IMG/VR virus record: IMGVR_UViG_3300033233_000003 | Source: an uncultured virus (IMG/VR IMGVR_UViG_3300033233_000003) | Lineage: Duplodnaviria > Heunggongvirae > Uroviricota > Caudoviricetes | Length of the DNA stretch: 50,278 nucleotides | Strand: one strand, 5' to 3' | Part shown: piece after piece, positions 9,546-18,588 of the stretch | Position numbering within the stretch: position 1 is the first letter of the stretch | Layout of the letters: every line of letters begins with the position of its first letter | Translations under genes and position numbers: made by a program | The notes under the pieces: model-generated | Database searches by the model: none | Seen by the model: the letters and a program-made list of their open reading frames with translations, nothing else | What the model was told of the DNA's origin: nothing

Positions 9546-9842
9546 GTGGCCCTCCCCCTCGTCCCCCTCGCCATCGGAGCCGCCGTCCTCGTCGGCATCT
9601 TCATGATGAAGAAGTCGAACGGGACGTCCAAACCAGGAATGTCGAGAGAGGAATACCTCTCCTTCACGCTCGACGAGACCGAAACGCGGTGCGGAGAGCG
9701 AATGACGTACCTCGACGCACAGATCTTCGATCAGGGCATGCTTCACCTGAAGACCGAAGACGTGAAGAAGTTGATCCAGGTCTACGAGAACCGCGGCCAG
9801 AAGAACCTCGCGGATTGCCTTCGCGCGAAGCACGGGCTCTGA
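9546..9842 (+). CDS. small anchored protein, paralog of 9285..9536
   Basis: Both share TRCG..M....A.IFD.GM...G....A.CLR...GL. Confidence 0.8.
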   Translation: MALPLVPLAIGAAVLVGIFMMKKSNGTSKPGMSREEYLSFTLDETETRCGERMTYLDAQIFDQGMLHLKTEDVKKLIQVYENRGQKNLADCLRAKHGL

Positions 9843-9846
9843 ATCC

Positions 9847-9993
9847 ATGAGACCGAACGCACTCAACCGAACGAGAGTCGATCGCGGTCACGCGAGAGTC
9901 GGAGCGACCGGCGGAGAAGGCGTCAACGCCGGCTTCGTCTTCCTGACGCTCGGCGCCGTCCTCTTCGGTGCCTGGTACATAGGGCACCTCTGA
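9847..9993 (+). CDS. 48-aa membrane protein (not in the ORF track)
   Basis: MRPNALNRTRVDRGHARVGATGGEGVNAGFVFLTLGAVLFGAWYIGHL; TGATG overlap with the next gene. Confidence 0.72.
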   Translation: MRPNALNRTRVDRGHARVGATGGEGVNAGFVFLTLGAVLFGAWYIGHL

Positions 9994-10199
9994 TGCGACC
10001 GAACGCTCTCACCAGGACACGTGGGACACGAACCAGCGGTGCCGAAGGCAACCGCGTCTGGACCGGCGCCGTCGAATCGAAGCCCCTCTCCGAGGAGGAG
10101 AAGTCGAGCTTCGACTCGGCGGCCCAGGGCGCCTCGGTCGGCATCCTCGCCGGCGCGGCGCTCCTGGTCCTGGGCGTGCTGTGGATGAAAGACGCCTGA
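9993..10199 (+). CDS. small membrane protein, paralog of 9847..9993
   Basis: MRPNALTRTR N-terminus; C-terminal hydrophobic helix. Confidence 0.75.
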   Translation: MRPNALTRTRGTRTSGAEGNRVWTGAVESKPLSEEEKSSFDSAAQGASVGILAGAALLVLGVLWMKDA

Positions 10200-10224
10200 T
10201 CCGCTACGCTCCAAGGAGATCGAC

Positions 10225-10920
10225 ATGCCGAAAGCCCACCCCTCCACGCTCACCGGACAGATCATGATGCTGGCACAATCGCGTCCGAGCGCGCCGATGA
10301 TGCTCGCGCCGCGTCTCTCGGTGCCGACGATGCTCGCGCAGCGTCCCATGGCCCCAACGACGCCGACGGGCAAGTGGGCGCTCGTAAAGAAGTCGCCATT
10401 TACGCCCTATTTTCTTCCCAGTGGTGGGGAGGCTGGCACCTCGGTTCTATTCCAGAAAGACATGAATATCGACTCATTGACCTGGGACTTTAGTCCCGGA
10501 CCTGGCGTTAGCATCAGCCAGATCAGCAGCCATCAAAGCGGGGTAGGAACAAGTCCGCTGCTCGATCACGATGCCCACATCGGGACCGAGGATTCTCTCA
10601 AGAAGATCTTCGGCGTACCCGACACGAAGTGGTTCTACGATACATGGATGCGGATCGGCGGAAGCTGGCTTTCCGGAACCGTCGCGCAGCGCACCGCATG
10701 GGTGGGCGCGCTCGACTTCGTCGGCTACCACGACGCCGCACGCTTCGTCAACGCGCTGATAGCGCGTGGCGATCTCAGTCCGGCGGTCCGAGGCCGCAAC
10801 GTAGCAGCGGGCGATTTTATCGTATTCTATCTTCAAACCTGGAAGGACGCTGCGCCAGGAACTCTTTCCTTCCGCTTCTCCGGAAGCGACAGGCTCAGGC
10901 CGAAGTTCGGTGGAGGCTAA
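10225..10920 (+). CDS. hypothetical protein
   Basis: AAGGAG RBS; MPKAHPSTLTGQ leader; helical module LDFVGYHDAARFV. Confidence 0.8.
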   Translation: MPKAHPSTLTGQIMMLAQSRPSAPMMLAPRLSVPTMLAQRPMAPTTPTGKWALVKKSPFTPYFLPSGGEAGTSVLFQKDMNIDSLTWDFSPGPGVSISQISSHQSGVGTSPLLDHDAHIGTEDSLKKIFGVPDTKWFYDTWMRIGGSWLSGTVAQRTAWVGALDFVGYHDAARFVNALIARGDLSPAVRGRNVAAGDFIVFYLQTWKDAAPGTLSFRFSGSDRLRPKFGGG

Positions 10921-10929
10921 AATAGCCGT

Positions 10930-11247
10930 ATGAACCACCGCGCCCTCGTCCCGACCGGCCTCATCCCCATCTCGAACTACGTCACGTTCGAGCTGAAGCC
11001 GGGCCTCGTCTTTGCGGGCCAGTCCTTCCAGGAAGGCGAGCGCATCCTGGTGATCGGACAATTGCAGACCGACGTGGGACCGGTCGAGTGGATGAGCCGC
11101 ATGAGCCCAGAGGTCTACGTGGCGCTCCTGCAGAGGGCGCAGGCGACGCTCGACGGTCTGCGCGAGCAGCAGCAGCTCACGGCGCTGACGCACAGTCGCG
11201 TCAGCGGCATGCTCACTGCCTTCTACCCGAGGCAGCTTCGCCGATGA
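10930..11247 (+). CDS. hypothetical protein
   Basis: 105 aa in operon order; C-terminal ALTHSRVSG. Confidence 0.7.
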   Translation: MNHRALVPTGLIPISNYVTFELKPGLVFAGQSFQEGERILVIGQLQTDVGPVEWMSRMSPEVYVALLQRAQATLDGLREQQQLTALTHSRVSGMLTAFYPRQLRR

Positions 11248-11254
11248 CCAACCC

Positions 11255-11420
11255 CTCCCGCGACCATCGGGAGCGTTCTCGAAAAGAGGATGCGAAGCAT
11301 CCGAAGCGGCAGTCCGCGCGCCGGAGCGCGGCATCGCTCTCTCGCCTTCGATCGCGGCGACGGCTCCAGGCGCGCTTTGCGATCGACACGCCCCACTTTC
11401 CACCCTTCCCTCGTAGCCTC
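11255..11420 (+). repeat. ~165-bp intergenic repeat, copy 4
   Basis: CGACCATCGGGAG...GAGGATGCGAAGCATCCGA...GGCAGTCCGCGCGCC...CTCTCTCGCCTTCGATC...CCACTTTCCACCCTTCCC...TAGCCTC. Confidence 0.9.
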
Positions 11421-11449
11421 TCATCTCCTCTCCTCCGGAGTTCACTGAG

Positions 11450-11713
11450 ATGACGCATCTCGGAACGATCTGCTGCACCCGCGACGACGTGCTCTCCCGC
11501 ACACGCTACCCCGCCGGCGCCGCACGCGTCGGCGAGATGTCGCCAGCGATGTTGATCGGCGCCGGCATCGTCGGCGGCTTCCTCATCGCGTCCTTGCCGA
11601 TCCTGTGGATCCCCATCGGTGCGGGCGCGGGCTACCTCATCACCAAGACGGGAACCGGCGCGCTCGTCGGAGCCGGTGTCGGATGGTTACTGTCCGGCGC
11701 GAGCCGCAGATAG
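11450..11713 (+). CDS. small Gly-rich membrane protein
   Basis: VLSRTR...ARVG leader followed by hydrophobic glycine-zipper segments. Confidence 0.75.
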   Translation: MTHLGTICCTRDDVLSRTRYPAGAARVGEMSPAMLIGAGIVGGFLIASLPILWIPIGAGAGYLITKTGTGALVGAGVGWLLSGASRR

Positions 11714-11725
11714 ACGGGACTCTTC

Positions 11726-12232
11726 GTGAAGAAGCTTCCCGAGGAGATGGATCACTACGAGCCACACGCGTGTTCATACTCCGAAGAGCAACTCGCGATC
11801 GTGCGCCGCGAGTGCATCGGACAGATCTGCGGGTGCCCCGTCTTCACCGTCGACGGTGAATATATCCGGCGAGAGACGTTCTGCGACTTCGTCTTTGGAG
11901 GCACTTTTTCAAGATACCGTTTCTGTCCCGAGAACGAGATCTGGGTCGAGGACATCCTGCGTCCGACGGACATCGCGGCGACCAGTTTGCACGAGCTGAC
12001 GGAAATGATCTTGATGGTGGAGCAGAAGCAGACCTACGACACCGCGCACGACCACGCGACGAGCGCGGAGATCGTCTTGCGACGTGCGATGGTCGACTTC
12101 AAGATCCGCAGCAAGCGCGACGCCGTCAAGATCGCCGACGAGTGGTTCCAGACGCGCGTGCTCGAAGACGGTCGCTCTTCCGGTCGATCAAAGACGAAAG
12201 TGGCAAAGCTTGCGGTGAGGCGCATGCGATGA
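11726..12232 (+). CDS. hypothetical protein with HExxE...H metal-binding-like motif
   Basis: LHELTEMILM...YDTAHDHA. Confidence 0.7.
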   Translation: MKKLPEEMDHYEPHACSYSEEQLAIVRRECIGQICGCPVFTVDGEYIRRETFCDFVFGGTFSRYRFCPENEIWVEDILRPTDIAATSLHELTEMILMVEQKQTYDTAHDHATSAEIVLRRAMVDFKIRSKRDAVKIADEWFQTRVLEDGRSSGRSKTKVAKLAVRRMR

Positions 12233-12582
12233 AGCCCATCCCCGTCTTCCCGACAGCGTACGCCGCGACGCTCGACGACTACGCGATCCGCGTCGCGCGC
12301 TGGGCCATGCACCAGCTCAAGATCGACGTCGACGGCGCGACGAGGCTCGTCAACGCGTTCCCCTCCGTCGTCGAGCAGGCCTGGAAGAAGGGGCAAGCAG
12401 GAGGCTTCACGCCCGAGCCGCAGAGCGTGCCGGGGTACATCGTGAGCCACGTGCGCTGGCTCGCGGAAATCGACGAGAAAGAGGGCCAGACAGAGAGAGC
12501 CAAGGCTTTGAAAAAGCTGTACTTTTACCTGGCCTTCCAGCGCCTCCGGAAGCGCAAGGAGACGATGCCGCCGATTCCGTAG
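12229..12582 (+). CDS. hypothetical protein
   Basis: ATGA overlap with the previous stop; MKPIPVFPTAY. Confidence 0.7.
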   Translation: MKPIPVFPTAYAATLDDYAIRVARWAMHQLKIDVDGATRLVNAFPSVVEQAWKKGQAGGFTPEPQSVPGYIVSHVRWLAEIDEKEGQTERAKALKKLYFYLAFQRLRKRKETMPPIP

Positions 12583-12648
12583 CGACGCGATCGCGTGGTA
12601 GAGTCAAGTGCGACAGGCCGACGGGACGGGGGTCCAGCAAAGGCCAAA

Positions 12649-13413
12649 ATGCCAGGCTTCATTCCCATCCTCATCGGCGCCGCGATCCTCGGCGGCGCGG
12701 TCATGCTCTCGAAGAAGAGTGGCGCTGCGCCGCCGATGCCGCCAGCGCCGCCGCTTCCTCCGAGTCCACCGAGCCCTCCTCCGAGTCCTCCGAGCAAGGA
12801 GATCGGCAACCCATGGGTCGCGCTCACACGCGCGCAGATCGCCGCGACGCATCCCTACGAGGCCGACGCACCGACGGAGATCTCGCCCAAGATCGCGACC
12901 GTCAAGCCTGGCAGCTACGTCCACGTCTTCTTCCGCAACATGAACCCGAGCGTGCCCGGCGAGTGGGGCGTCATCGTCAAGATCACGGGCGGCCCGCACT
13001 TCATGGTGGAGGGCGAGGGCGCCGGCGTCTACTGGAGCGGCGTCGTCTCGGCCGAGAGCACCAAGCCGGGCGGACCCCCGGAGGGATCGACCGTCAACGA
13101 TTTCCCGAGCGAGGCGATCCTGCACGTCAACGAGCCCGTCGGCGCGGCCACGTCAGGCATCCCCTTCTTCGAGGTAGCGTTCCCGCCCACGCTCTCCAGG
13201 CACGCACCCGGTCGGGCTCCGAGTCCCTACGATCCCTATGGGCATCGACATCACGCCGCACCACTTCCCGCGCCCTACTCCTCCACGCTGGAGAACCCAT
13301 TCGGTCACCGCAGGCCTGACTCGCCCTACGATCCCTACGGGCGCCACGGGATGCACTCACCGCACTACCCCTACTCGCCCTACGATCCATACTGGTGGCA
13401 CCGAAGGTACTAG
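12649..13413 (+). CDS. N-terminally anchored Pro-rich protein with SPYDPY repeats
   Basis: MPGFIPILIGAAILGGAVML; three SPYDPY repeats at the C-terminus. Confidence 0.8.
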   Translation: MPGFIPILIGAAILGGAVMLSKKSGAAPPMPPAPPLPPSPPSPPPSPPSKEIGNPWVALTRAQIAATHPYEADAPTEISPKIATVKPGSYVHVFFRNMNPSVPGEWGVIVKITGGPHFMVEGEGAGVYWSGVVSAESTKPGGPPEGSTVNDFPSEAILHVNEPVGAATSGIPFFEVAFPPTLSRHAPGRAPSPYDPYGHRHHAAPLPAPYSSTLENPFGHRRPDSPYDPYGRHGMHSPHYPYSPYDPYWWHRRY

Positions 13414-13418
13414 CCCTG

Positions 13419-13994
13419 ATGGCCAAGCTAGACATCTCCCGCATCACCGACAAGCACTACCAGGGCGGCCATCCCGTCGCCGGCAGCGCTCTCTACGACG
13501 CGGGCTTCCGCGTGCTCGTGCTCTGCGCCCTGCCCGACGAGTACGAGCTGCAGTACAAGCTCTCGTGGCACGGCCTCTCCTACGACCGCCCCAGCGGCGC
13601 CGCAGGCGACCGCGTTGGAATCGAGGGGATGTTTCCTGGCCTGAAGATCATCCGCGCACCGAATGACGACGACTACGATCGTCCGATGAGCCTGCCCGAG
13701 ATCCAGATCGCCTGCGGCGCCGCCAAGATCGTGTCGCGCATGACGATCAGGGGCAGGCGCACGCTCGTCGCCTGCGCGAAGGGCAGAAATCGCAGCGGGC
13801 TCGTCAGCGCGCTCGCGCTCTGCGAGCGGTATGGCTGCGGAGGTCTCGCTGCAGTCGCCGAGGTGCGCGCGCGTCGCCAGCCCGACTGCGGCGGCGTGGT
13901 CCTTCAGAACCCGCAGTTCGTGCGAGCGCTCGCGGGGATCCGAAGCAGCAGATCGTCGAGCCGATGGGATCGAGAGATGGAGTCACATCCGTGA
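13419..13994 (+). CDS. dual-specificity/tyrosine protein phosphatase family
   Basis: CX5R loop LVACAKGRNRSGL, upstream PNDD acid loop, QNPQF. Confidence 0.85.
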   Translation: MAKLDISRITDKHYQGGHPVAGSALYDAGFRVLVLCALPDEYELQYKLSWHGLSYDRPSGAAGDRVGIEGMFPGLKIIRAPNDDDYDRPMSLPEIQIACGAAKIVSRMTIRGRRTLVACAKGRNRSGLVSALALCERYGCGGLAAVAEVRARRQPDCGGVVLQNPQFVRALAGIRSSRSSSRWDREMESHP

Positions 13995-15436
13995 ACGTGC
14001 TCACCAGGACGAGGATGGCGGCTCCGAAGGAGACTGCGTGGGGGCGACCTCGCGAAGAGCCGCGACATGCGGCTCTCACGCGTGTCGGAAAGCTCAGCGG
14101 CGACAGCACGTTCATCGGACTCACCTACGAGGGCGCGAATCCTTTCCCAGAGGAGAAGTTCCTCGATCCGTGGTGGCCCCTCGATGCGGGCCTGACCTGG
14201 CCACAGATCAACGATTATCGCGACATCGCTGGAAACGAGAGCGCGACGCCGAACAACGCCGCCGCGCGCATCGCGAAGATCTCCAGCGGCATCGCCGGCG
14301 CGACCGAGGCGCCTCCGCTCGATCTGAAGAACTTGTCCACGCGGCTCGTTGCCTACGCGGCGGACATGCGCAGCAAGTACGCCGAGCATGCGGGACAGAC
14401 GCTCAAGGAGAGCGCGCAGTACAAAGGCCTCAAGGCCGCCGGCGCCCTGATCGTCAGCTACATCACCACGCCGGCCGGCGGCGTCGTATTCAGCAAATGG
14501 CTTGAGTGGTCAGTGGATTTGGGAGAGGACATCCTCAAGGGGCTCAACGCGCTCGGATGGAAGGTCGGGCCGCAGAAGGACATCGAGGCGGCCGAGGCGA
14601 ATCTGGACGCGATGAAGGATTGCTTCACGGCAAACCTCAAGTTGGCCGTGCCGCCGGCTTGGCAGACCCTCGGCTTGCCTGTCATCGTCGGAAGCGACAA
14701 CGCGAGCACCCCCTACATCAAAGACGCCGTCTGCTACAACTTCTACAAGTGGGAGCACATGCCGCGCGTCGATCGAGACGTCGTCGTGCAATGGTGGGCG
14801 CTCTACTTGATGCAGGCCGACGATCCGGAGATCGCTACCGCGTTCGCGGGGCTTTGGAATTCGAGCGCGCTCGCGGACGACACGCAGGTCCTGCTCGTCG
14901 CGATGCCGATCGCGAAGGCCGCCGGAATCCCATGGAAGTCATTTGCTGAGCAGCTGTGGGCGCGCTCGGCCGGCTATCGCGGCAGACCCGATCTGCTCCT
15001 CGGCTGGGACGGCGGAAGCTTGATTCCGATGGCCGCAGGCCTGACCCCGGCGAACGCCTCGAACGTGCAATGGCAAGTGCTCGCATCCGACGCATTCAAG
15101 TTGGCCGAAGAGATCAAAGGCAAAGACACCCTGGCGCTCACCCTGGCGCTCACCGGACCAATTTCCGGCAGCAAGCCGAGCGACAGGCCGACCTCGAAGC
15201 CGAGCGGCGAACCCGTCAACGGCAAACGTTCCGGCACCATTCCGGGTCGCTCTGGGAGCATTCCAGGCCGGTCCCCCGGTGCGCCGCGCTACGGCACGCC
15301 GATGGCGAGCTGGTCCGGTGGCCCACAGACGCCTTCCGGCATCAGCGACAAGACGAAGGGCGGCATCGGCGCCGTCGCCATCATCGGCGGCATCATCCTG
15401 GGCGGCATCATGCTGCTTCGAGGAGGCCACGCGTGA
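13991..15436 (+). CDS. C-terminally anchored hypothetical protein
   Basis: GTGA overlap start MNVLTRTR; C-terminal IGAVAIIGGIILGGIMLL. Confidence 0.8.
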   Translation: MNVLTRTRMAAPKETAWGRPREEPRHAALTRVGKLSGDSTFIGLTYEGANPFPEEKFLDPWWPLDAGLTWPQINDYRDIAGNESATPNNAAARIAKISSGIAGATEAPPLDLKNLSTRLVAYAADMRSKYAEHAGQTLKESAQYKGLKAAGALIVSYITTPAGGVVFSKWLEWSVDLGEDILKGLNALGWKVGPQKDIEAAEANLDAMKDCFTANLKLAVPPAWQTLGLPVIVGSDNASTPYIKDAVCYNFYKWEHMPRVDRDVVVQWWALYLMQADDPEIATAFAGLWNSSALADDTQVLLVAMPIAKAAGIPWKSFAEQLWARSAGYRGRPDLLLGWDGGSLIPMAAGLTPANASNVQWQVLASDAFKLAEEIKGKDTLALTLALTGPISGSKPSDRPTSKPSGEPVNGKRSGTIPGRSGSIPGRSPGAPRYGTPMASWSGGPQTPSGISDKTKGGIGAVAIIGGIILGGIMLLRGGHA

Positions 15437-15488
15437 GGCACGCCTGAGGCGCGATGAATGCTGAATAGATCGTCCCTCGTCGCGGTCT

Positions 15489-15502
15489 AAATGTGATCAC
15501 AT
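15489..15502. promoter_or_regulatory. palindromic operator-like site AAATGTGATCACAT
   Basis: Identical 14-mer at 22661; overlaps the ATG of 15501. Confidence 0.55.
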
Positions 15503-16112
15503 GGCCGGGAAGAAGAAGCCGTGGCCCCACGATCCTCGCGTCCGCGAGCTGCTCCTGGCTTTCCTCAAGATGGCCTCGATCACGAGGAGGTCCTACGCGG
15601 TCGGCGGCGCGCTCGCGATGAGCGCCCACGGCTATGTGAGGCAGACGAGCGACGTCGATGCCTTCCTCCTCGACGAACATCGTCTGGAGTGGTTGCGTGC
15701 GGCGAGGTCCGTAGGCCTGATCGTCGACGAGGTGTTCAGCAAAGTCCATTACATGGCGTTCTTCCCGAGGCACGGCGACCCGCGCATCCGCATCGACATG
15801 CTCTTCCCGGCCGACGAGCCAGAGCTGAGCGCGGTCGAGTATCCGGTGCGCGCGAGCATCGGCGGAATCGCCACGAACGTGTTTCCGCTGGCGCTGCTCG
15901 CGATCGACAAGTTTGCCTCCGACAGACCGGAAGACCATCGCGACTTCGAGCGAATGCTTCACCTCGGCATGTTCGATCCGGCCGATCTGCGAGTCATCAT
16001 CGCGTCGTTCGACCCCGACATGGCGAAGCGCTTCGATCTGGCCATCTCCGACCTCTCCATCGCCGATCGACGCGTGAAGCCTGTGCCGTCCAACCGCATC
16101 CCCAGAAAATAA
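15501..16112 (+). CDS. Pol-beta-superfamily nucleotidyltransferase (AbiEii/MNT-like)
   Basis: VGGALAMSAHGYVRQTSDVD; IRIDML; K...RPEDHRDF. Confidence 0.78.
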   Translation: MAGKKKPWPHDPRVRELLLAFLKMASITRRSYAVGGALAMSAHGYVRQTSDVDAFLLDEHRLEWLRAARSVGLIVDEVFSKVHYMAFFPRHGDPRIRIDMLFPADEPELSAVEYPVRASIGGIATNVFPLALLAIDKFASDRPEDHRDFERMLHLGMFDPADLRVIIASFDPDMAKRFDLAISDLSIADRRVKPVPSNRIPRK

Positions 16113-16186
16113 GCCGCGGGATGCTGTAGCCCTTTGATCCCACCACGTTCGAGTTACCTGATTCGAGGCATGGTAAGCTACCAAAC

Positions 16187-16432
16187 ATGATCGATGACCT
16201 GAATGAAACCGCCCGCGAGACCGTGAAGATCAAGCTTCAAGAGATCGCCGACTTGCTCGCTGAGACCGTCGGACACGAGGCCGCTGCCGTTTGCCTGACC
16301 TCGTTCGGGCTCGGCCTCGCCGTAGGCCATGTCGGGTCTGCCGGCTGGAGCGACGATCTCATCGCGAAGGAAGCGATCGTGAGCCTCGCCCGAGTCAAGG
16401 CAGACTTTTCCCCTGAAAACACCCGTGAGTAG
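16187..16432 (+). CDS. hypothetical protein
   Basis: 81-aa ORF filling the gap between genes. Confidence 0.55.
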   Translation: MIDDLNETARETVKIKLQEIADLLAETVGHEAAAVCLTSFGLGLAVGHVGSAGWSDDLIAKEAIVSLARVKADFSPENTRE

Positions 16433-16435
16433 GAT

Positions 16436-18586
16436 GTGAACGTGCTCGCTCGAACCCGAGACAGCGCCGGCGGCGGTGGAAGCGGCGGCGGAGGCGGCGG
16501 CAGCCTTGATTCGCTCCGCAGTGCCGCAGCCGCGTCGCGCGCTCGCGCGGGCTTCCGGAACGACCGCGACCCGACCACCTCCGAAGAGGAGCACTACTGG
16601 AAGGCGCTCGGCAAGGCGCGCCTTTCGAGCAACGTGCGCGTCAACGGCGTCCTCACCCGCACGCGCTCCGATGGCGCCGACGCCAGCACGAACTCTTCTT
16701 GGCAGCAGCATCAGGATGAGGCCAGGACATCGTCAGACCCGAAGGTTCGGCGCGCCGCAGAGATCGCCGACTCGCTCCGAGCGTCCCTACGCAACGAGCG
16801 GTGGTTTGCCGACACTTGGCTGAGCTACGGCGGTCCGGTGCCGACGCCTGAATATCGAGACCCGCGTGTCCAGATCTCGATCAACAGCACCATCCCCGAT
16901 GCCTCGGGGCTCGACGACTACGATCGTGCGGACCTCGCGCTGCCGCTCTCGATCGACGGCATCCCGATCGATCTCTGGCACCACGACGTGGGTCTGCCTC
17001 GCGGGGGCATGCGAGAACGTCATCCCATGACGATGCCCTCGGGAGAGACATACGACACCTCCTCCATCCGAGTCTCGCAGGAGAAGCTCGCGGCGCTCCG
17101 TGCTCGCGATGCGCTCGCCGCTCAGCTCGGTCACATCGACGTTCGAGGCGCCACCATCGAGAAGCCGCACCCGCAGGCCCCGCCCGTGCTTCGCGTGAAG
17201 GTCGCGACGACCGAGGACGCGAAGCAGATCCCGGACGTGGTCTGGGGAATGTCGGTCGTGGTCGACCTCATAGCCGCAGTCATCCCCGTGGCGACGGTGC
17301 TCGTCGCCGGACAACCGTCGCAACTCAGCCGAACGATCGATGCGCATGCGCCTCGTGTGGGCACAAGCGCCGCCGTGACCAAGGTCGACAGGAACGGCGC
17401 AAGCTGGACCATCTCCGAGATCGAAACGAGCACCTTCTCCGGACGCTCCACCGTCTACTCGCCTCCGGGGACCGTCTACGCGACCACGTTGGAGGGAGTC
17501 AACAAGAAGATCGACGCTTACGCCGATGCGCACTCGATCACGACCATCTTCTCTTCTGTCGGCAGCTACATCGACGAGAACGACGGCATCTGGTTTCGGA
17601 CCGATCGCTGGAAGGTGACCTATCCGCCGAAGATTCCGACGGACGCCGTTCGCTACGTCGCCGAGACGAGCAGCTACAAGAAGACGCTCGGCTCCACGAC
17701 CAACACCACCGTGGAGGCCATGACCGAGATCGCGCTCAAGGGCGCGATCGACGCGTTCGCCCTGGCCCACAGATCGAAGACGGCTCCGAAGCCGCCGTTG
17801 CCGCCAGAGGAGGACACCGGCGTCTCCGACGAGGCACCACCGCCACCGCCGCTGCCGCCTGGAGCGGAGGAAGACACCGGAGTCTCGGATTCCATCGACG
17901 ACGTGGAGCCGGACAAGAAACCGCCGACCATGACGGAGGCGACGCTGCCGCCTCCGAACCCGACCGTCGCCGCGGCCATCCGCGCAGCCGCCGCGGTGCT
18001 CGATCGTTCGCCCTGGCGCAAACTCATCACGGCCGCTGGCCGTCAGGAGTTCCTCGGCGTCGGGCTCCTGGAGAACCTCTACGGCACGAAGTCGGACTGG
18101 TTTTTCACGACGCCGGAAGGCAAGTGGCAGCCCGCTTACAGCTGGGGCGCGACCGTCGCGCGCAAGGGCGACCTCTTCCTTCTCCACGGCGACAAGAACC
18201 CCGACGGCAGCAAGACCACGCGCAAGTTCGCGGCGTTCCGCACCGCCGACGAGGGCTTCGCCCGCTTCTGGCTCATCTTCGCCAAGCCCGACACCCTCGC
18301 TTCGGCGAACGATGGCAACGCCACCGACACGGCCGCCGCGATGTACGGGCACGGCTACTTCGGCGGCGTCGCCGGATCACCGACAGAGCGCATCGAGCGC
18401 TACGCGCGCGCCATCAAGGGCGCGTCCGACGTGGTCGCGAACGTCCTCGGGGAGAAGAAGCTCGTGCGACTCGAAGGCGCGCCGATCCTGGTCAAGAAGC
18501 CGGCGCCGAGCGGAGGCGGCGGCATCCTCCTCGCAGGGGCGGCGATCCTCGGGCTCGGCATCCTCGTCGTGAAGGGCGTCACGTAG
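16436..18586 (+). CDS. large multidomain protein with C-terminal glucosaminidase/lysozyme-like domain and membrane anchor
   Basis: MNVLARTR leader; duplicated PPLPP..EEDTGVSD; FAAFRTADEGFARF...GYF...YARAI resembles GH73/FlgJ-type folds; terminal hydrophobic helix. Confidence 0.7.
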   Translation: MNVLARTRDSAGGGGSGGGGGGSLDSLRSAAAASRARAGFRNDRDPTTSEEEHYWKALGKARLSSNVRVNGVLTRTRSDGADASTNSSWQQHQDEARTSSDPKVRRAAEIADSLRASLRNERWFADTWLSYGGPVPTPEYRDPRVQISINSTIPDASGLDDYDRADLALPLSIDGIPIDLWHHDVGLPRGGMRERHPMTMPSGETYDTSSIRVSQEKLAALRARDALAAQLGHIDVRGATIEKPHPQAPPVLRVKVATTEDAKQIPDVVWGMSVVVDLIAAVIPVATVLVAGQPSQLSRTIDAHAPRVGTSAAVTKVDRNGASWTISEIETSTFSGRSTVYSPPGTVYATTLEGVNKKIDAYADAHSITTIFSSVGSYIDENDGIWFRTDRWKVTYPPKIPTDAVRYVAETSSYKKTLGSTTNTTVEAMTEIALKGAIDAFALAHRSKTAPKPPLPPEEDTGVSDEAPPPPPLPPGAEEDTGVSDSIDDVEPDKKPPTMTEATLPPPNPTVAAAIRAAAAVLDRSPWRKLITAAGRQEFLGVGLLENLYGTKSDWFFTTPEGKWQPAYSWGATVARKGDLFLLHGDKNPDGSKTTRKFAAFRTADEGFARFWLIFAKPDTLASANDGNATDTAAAMYGHGYFGGVAGSPTERIERYARAIKGASDVVANVLGEKKLVRLEGAPILVKKPAPSGGGGILLAGAAILGLGILVVKGVT

Positions 18587-18588
18587 TC

